64,000 nt of DNA from NCBI GenBank assembly GCA_965649825.1, contig OZ287703.1, positions 124,001 through 188,000 on the forward strand, given 5' to 3'. The notes under the pieces were generated by a model. That model worked only from the letters and a program-made list of their open reading frames with translations. It did no database searches and was not told the origin of the DNA. The position numbers and the translations under genes were made by a program. This document shows positions 59,518 to 64,000 of the stretch, piece by piece (positions within the stretch are counted from its first letter, which is position 1; each line of letters begins with the position of its first letter). This DNA comes from Penicillus capitatus. Its lineage: Eukaryota > Plantae > Chlorophyta.

Positions 59518-62146
59518 ATGGACGATCGTCTTTCGCTGCGACCGACGACCACTTCGATGCGTCTCGGCCCGTCGACCGATTTCTTCGCGGCGTTCCGTAC
59601 CGGCGCCGGTCAACACCTCCGTTTCCGAGTACGTAACGCATCTTCCAGTCTCGTTTCGTCTCGAACAAACCGACATCGACCTGTGCAGAATCGCGAGAGT
59701 CAGTGGGACGATAAGCCTTCGAAGAAACCTGAAGAAAGGATACGTTACACCTGGGCGTTCCTCAATAGAATGCGAGAGGTTCGAATGTGATGAATGGTCA
59801 TGCATGTGTGTGATGGGTCGGTCGGTCGAATGTCCATCAGGCATTTCGAGAGATGCCGCCATCGGTGAATCCGCACATCGCTTGCTTCATCAACGCCGAG
59901 GCGTCGTCGGAGACGTGGACCAAAGCGGAAGGTGCTGCCGTCCATCCGACATCGTCCTCGCAGGTATGGGCGGACCACATCCACACGGGAAGCTCCAATT
60001 CGAAGCATAACAGGCAGAAGACACGGCAGAGGGGGACATGGGATGGCGTGCATCACGCAGTCAGGCGCCCGTTGCAGAACTCAGAGCTCAACTGAACGGC
60101 ATTTCAGAAACGGCAGCGCCCATGACTCAAGCAGAAGAGGTCCTGCATCGGATCACGCCTGTATGGATGGCTTGACGTGACGTTGTGGTGCAGATTGCCA
60201 AAGTCATGCAGCTGCAGAAGGCAGAGGAGTTGGGCCGCGAAGCCTATCGCCCACGACAGGCTCAAGACATCACCGAAGATGAGAAGGTAGGATGGTATGG
60301 GATGGCAGAAGGGGAGGGTCGAGGATAAGATGTAGGCCGTGCGACAAGTGAATGGAACGCTGAACAAATTGACGCCCGACAACTTCGACCGTCTCGTCCA
60401 ACAGATCACGGGATTCGTTAAGAACGCCGAGGTGTTGCGCAAAGCGATCTCGTTGGTTTTTGAGAAGGCAGTGGCTGAGCCAACATTCTGTGCCCTCTAT
60501 GCCACACTGTGCGAACGATTGTCGAAACAGATTCCGGATTTTCCACCCCTACAAGGCACGCTCGGCTGTTTGGTGTGTGGAATGGACGATTCGGTGCGTT
60601 GTGTGATCAGGGGAGACGCAGAAGTTGACGTTTCGTCGCATTCTGTTGAACACGTGTCAAGATGAATTCGAAGGGGTCGAGACGTCGCGATCCAAGCTGA
60701 CCTCGATCGAAGACCCTTTCGAAAAGGAGCTTGCCGAGAAGACTGTCAAGGATAGGACGCTCGGAAACATGCGTCTGATCTCGGAGCTCTTCAACAAAGG
60801 CCTTGTGGCGGAGCGCATCATGCACTCCTGTATCAAGGATCTGCTCCAAACGGGCTCAGAAACCCAACTGCCGCACGAAGATAACCTCGAGGTTTGGAGA
60901 ACGCGAGATGGCAAAGTGATGTGACGTGTGGAGTAGGCAGTGTGTGAGGTGCTGACGCTAGCTGGGAAGAAGCTCGCCCAGGGGCAGATGTATCAAAGCC
61001 ACGTTCCGATGTACATGTCGCGTCTGGAGAAGTTTTCTAAGACGCGTGGCGTGCCCTCTCGGATTATTTTTCTGATTCGGGATGTGATGGACATGCAACG
61101 AAACGATTGGATCCCTCGACGGGAGAAATTCACCGCCAAGAAGATCGAAGAGATCCACGCCGAAGCAGAAACGGAACTCGGTATCCAAATCAAACGTAAG
61201 GGCGACTGATCGCTATCCAGCTCCCTTCTGAATGGACATCTCTTTCGATGCCAGTGCCTCAGCCGAAGCAGCAGACAGCAAAGGTCGATGTGGTCGACGA
61301 TTTGGAGCTCTTCCCGATGCCGAAGCGTCTCACGGGTGGGGAGGAATGGAAGGCAGTGGCCGATCGACTGAATCGTGGTCCAGCCGCTCCCAAGGAACCC
61401 TCACCGTCTCCTATTCCCCCTTCCAAACCCACAGAACCTCCATCACTTTCTGCCGAACCGACGGCGCTCGGCCATAAGAAAGACTTCAAGAACGACGAAG
61501 AGAGAGAAAAGGCGGCGGCGTCGATGTTCAAAGAATACCTCTCTTCGGCCGATAAGAAAGAGGCACAGCTCTGTGTGGAAGAGATCTGCAGCGACGGTGC
61601 CGCTCTCGGAAAGATCATCGTGCAGATCGGCATGCAACAGATCTTCGATTGCATTTCGGAACGGGATCATACGATGATGACGGATTTGCTTGCTTGGTTT
61701 CTCACAGAAGAGGTGCTCGTTTCCGAAGCATTCGTCGAAGGGCTTGCAAGTGTGACCAGTCAACTGGACGACGTGGCCATCGATATCCCCAAATCTCCTG
61801 AGCTGTGTGGACGTCTCGCTGGTAAGGCGATCGCTTCAGGACGCTGCTCGATCGATATCCTCCCCACGCTCTGCGCAAAGATCCTCAGCGCTGAGATCCG
61901 GTACGATGTGACAGCTGCGATCCGATTTATCGATCTAATCTCCTCTGTGCGTTTCGTAGACGGCCGTTGACGATCGCAGCGTTCGGCATCGTACAATCAC
62001 AAGAGGGTGACGTCGCCGATCTCTGTCGAAAAGCCGATCTGCACGTTGCGTCGTTTCTCGAGTCCAATCCATCATTCGACGTGCCAGATCTCGAATCGGT
62101 GGAGGCTTTCTTAGCCAAGTCTGGATTTTCGACTGTGCCCATCTGA
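59518..62146 (+). CDS. eIF(iso)4G: Translation initiation factor eIF(iso)4G-like (eIF4E-binding motif, MIF4G, MA3), 9 exons
   Basis: N-terminal LSLRP, RIRYTWAFL 4E-binding motif, MIF4G (VNGTLNKLTPDNFD, FEKAVAEPTF, FRRILLNTCQDEFE, RTLGNMRLISELF), MA3 (FKEYLSSADKKEAQLCVEEI). The intron 60556-60610 is most simply GC-AG. Confidence 0.9.
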
Positions 62147-62238
62147 TACGGCCCGTCACCCAGAGCAATACCTTCGCATCACGCTCGTTTAAACACAGAA
62201 TCGATGCCATCATCATCATGATTCGAACGCGAAACCTT

Positions 62239-63643
62239 ATGGATCTGAAACGGTACAACACGCGAAGCTCGACGTTTCTTGACACCTCGACGCCTTTTAC
62301 CCTCAAGTCGGCCGCCGATCGCCGTCCATCGCTCTCGACGAAAGGCTCTTCCGGCTGAACAGGGAACGGTTAAAAGTACTTGTGCTCGGCGTGACCGTCA
62401 TCCCCCGCTTCGTCTTGGCATTTGTCGCTCTCTGCTTGTTTGCGCTGGTCAGTGGCATCGCGACCTTTCGATGGTATGTATGTACGTACGTGTGGCGGCT
62501 TGGAGGCGATGGGTTTGCGATGTAGTCCAGAGAATCAGCCACTCAAGGGGTGGCGGCGGTGCCTCATGGGCGTCTGTCCTTACTTTTGCCTCACCGTCGT
62601 CTTTCTGATGGGCTTCGTTGTGAAGATCAAAGGATGGAGCAATTATAAACGGGCAGTGAAGGAAGGCGTCAACGTCGGTCGACACTCCTCACCTGTCACA
62701 TCATCTCACACGTGTGATGCTAGATCGCTGTTTTCAATCACGTCTCCTATGCCGATGCCTTTGTCCTCGTCGGTCTGATGGGATGCTCAGGTCAGCGCCG
62801 ATGATGTGACAGGCATCGATATCGATAGGGCGCTGCGTTTGTAGGCGTATCGAAAGAGAGCAACAAGAAACTGCCTATCTTAGGAACCTGTATCAAGGGA
62901 CTGCAAAACATCTACCTTCCAGATCGTCGGCAGATTATCCAAAAGAAAAACGGAGAGCCGTCGGAGGCGAAACGATCCGATAGCGTCTCCGCTCAGATCG
63001 CTCAAAGGTCACCATCACAGCTGTCACATCATTTCCGAATGCCGGAGCGGATCATACAGGGCGAAAGATCGACGGTACCCCATAATAGCCCTGGCACCAG
63101 AAGGAACGTGTGGAAGCGGTTATTCATTATTGGAGTTCAGAACGGGAGCATTTGTGGCCGGGGAGCCCGTGCTGCCCGTCACGCTCAAATACGACGCCAC
63201 CAATATCAATCCGGCGTGGACCATCATCAACGAGCCCCTTCATCTCGTACACCGACCCACACCATCTCACACCTCTCATTGTATGATCTATGTGATCCAG
63301 CTTCGTCTGCTCTGCCAGTTTCGTAATCGTGTCGAAGTGACCTTCCTCGAGCCGTACTACCCAACCGACGCCGAGAAGTACGACGCGACGATCTATGCAG
63401 AAGACGTCCGTATGGTCATGGTACAGACGGCAATCATCACAGTCGTCCTGGCAATGCGTGTCGATGTAGGGTAGAGCATTGGGTGTGCCTCTCGTACGCG
63501 AGAACTACAATCATTTCCATGCGCTGTCGAAGCTCGGGGTGCGTGTCGCCTGGGATGGCAAGACGATCGAGGGCCCGCCCGGCGTCATCGATGCCGATGG
63601 GTATGTCGATTTGACACCAATTCTTGACAAAAAGTCTTCTTAA
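62239..63643 (+). CDS. Lysophospholipid acyltransferase (LPEAT/LPCAT-like, PlsC family), 8 exons
   Basis: NHVSYAD (motif I), LAPEGT (motif III), FRTGAFVAGEPVLPV; N-terminal TM helix; introns splice in frame. Confidence 0.9.
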
Positions 63644-63695
63644 ATGCTTGCAAGATGCACGTCCGTTTGCCCATCGCTGTCACATCACGATGTCC

Positions 63696-64000
63696 TCAAC
63701 GCGCAAAGTTCGGTCCACGATTCTGGATGCCCAAACCCGGAACGCCCGTCGGTTTAGAATCGGCACGGGCATCGGCGTGCGATGCCGGAGCGTAGACCAC
63801 GACAGAGCGACTGGGAGCGTAGACAAAGAAAGAGTGAGGTCGATGATCATGTTGCTCATCTCCCGCTGCGAAACTCGTGTTGTAATCCTTCGAGACATTG
63901 TTGTAGCCACCGAACACCGGCTCATCACTCGACAACACGATCTTATACGGCCCCTCTCCTATGCAGCCAATCTTATAATCCGTAAACGACTGAGTGGGAT
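63696..64000 (-). CDS. SBE: 1,4-alpha-glucan (starch) branching enzyme, C-terminal end only
   Basis: SFTDYKIGCIGEGPYKIVLSSDEPVFGGYNNV...HRPHSFFVYAPSRSVVVYAP matches the GH13 branching-enzyme C-terminal domain; truncated by the window edge. Confidence 0.85.
   Translation of the reverse strand, partial: PTQSFTDYKIGCIGEGPYKIVLSSDEPVFGGYNNVSKDYNTSFAAGDEQHDHRPHSFFVYAPSRSVVVYAPASHADARADSKPTGVPGLGIQNRGPNFAR

Overview
Eukaryotic, gene-dense nuclear DNA with many short (about 45-60 nt) spliceosomal introns and the standard genetic code. The gene set (eIF(iso)4G, starch-branching enzyme, At1g16080-like plastid protein, P-type PPR) points to a green alga; the organism assignment is inference. The first 45 kb is a fast-evolving, rearranged block. 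About 30.2-44.75 kb is an inverted, mosaic mirror of about 0.83-17.5 kb, with a piece of the central spacer (22.25-24.4 kb) spliced into the right arm. The splice point lies inside a ~190-bp fold-back hairpin present three times. The block carries four F-box/LRR genes plus F-box relics, three signal-peptide ankyrin genes (one built as one 99-nt exon per repeat, now frameshifted), three TPR copies (one pseudogene), a TRAFAC/AIG1-like GTPase, three of five equilibrative nucleoside transporter (ENT) paralogs, ATG10 and a PPR gene. The last 19 kb is mostly single-copy: At1g16080-like, an SVOP/OCT7-like MFS transporter, an AT-rich gene-poor stretch with decayed ORFs, a cytochrome P450, two tandem ENTs, eIF(iso)4G, an LPEAT/LPCAT-like acyltransferase and the 3' end of a starch-branching enzyme. 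At least four independent GC-AG introns with weak donor consensus were found. Most ORF-track entries are antisense or out-of-frame shadows of spliced genes. No tRNA, rRNA, CRISPR array or intact transposase was recognised. All exon models were assembled by eye.
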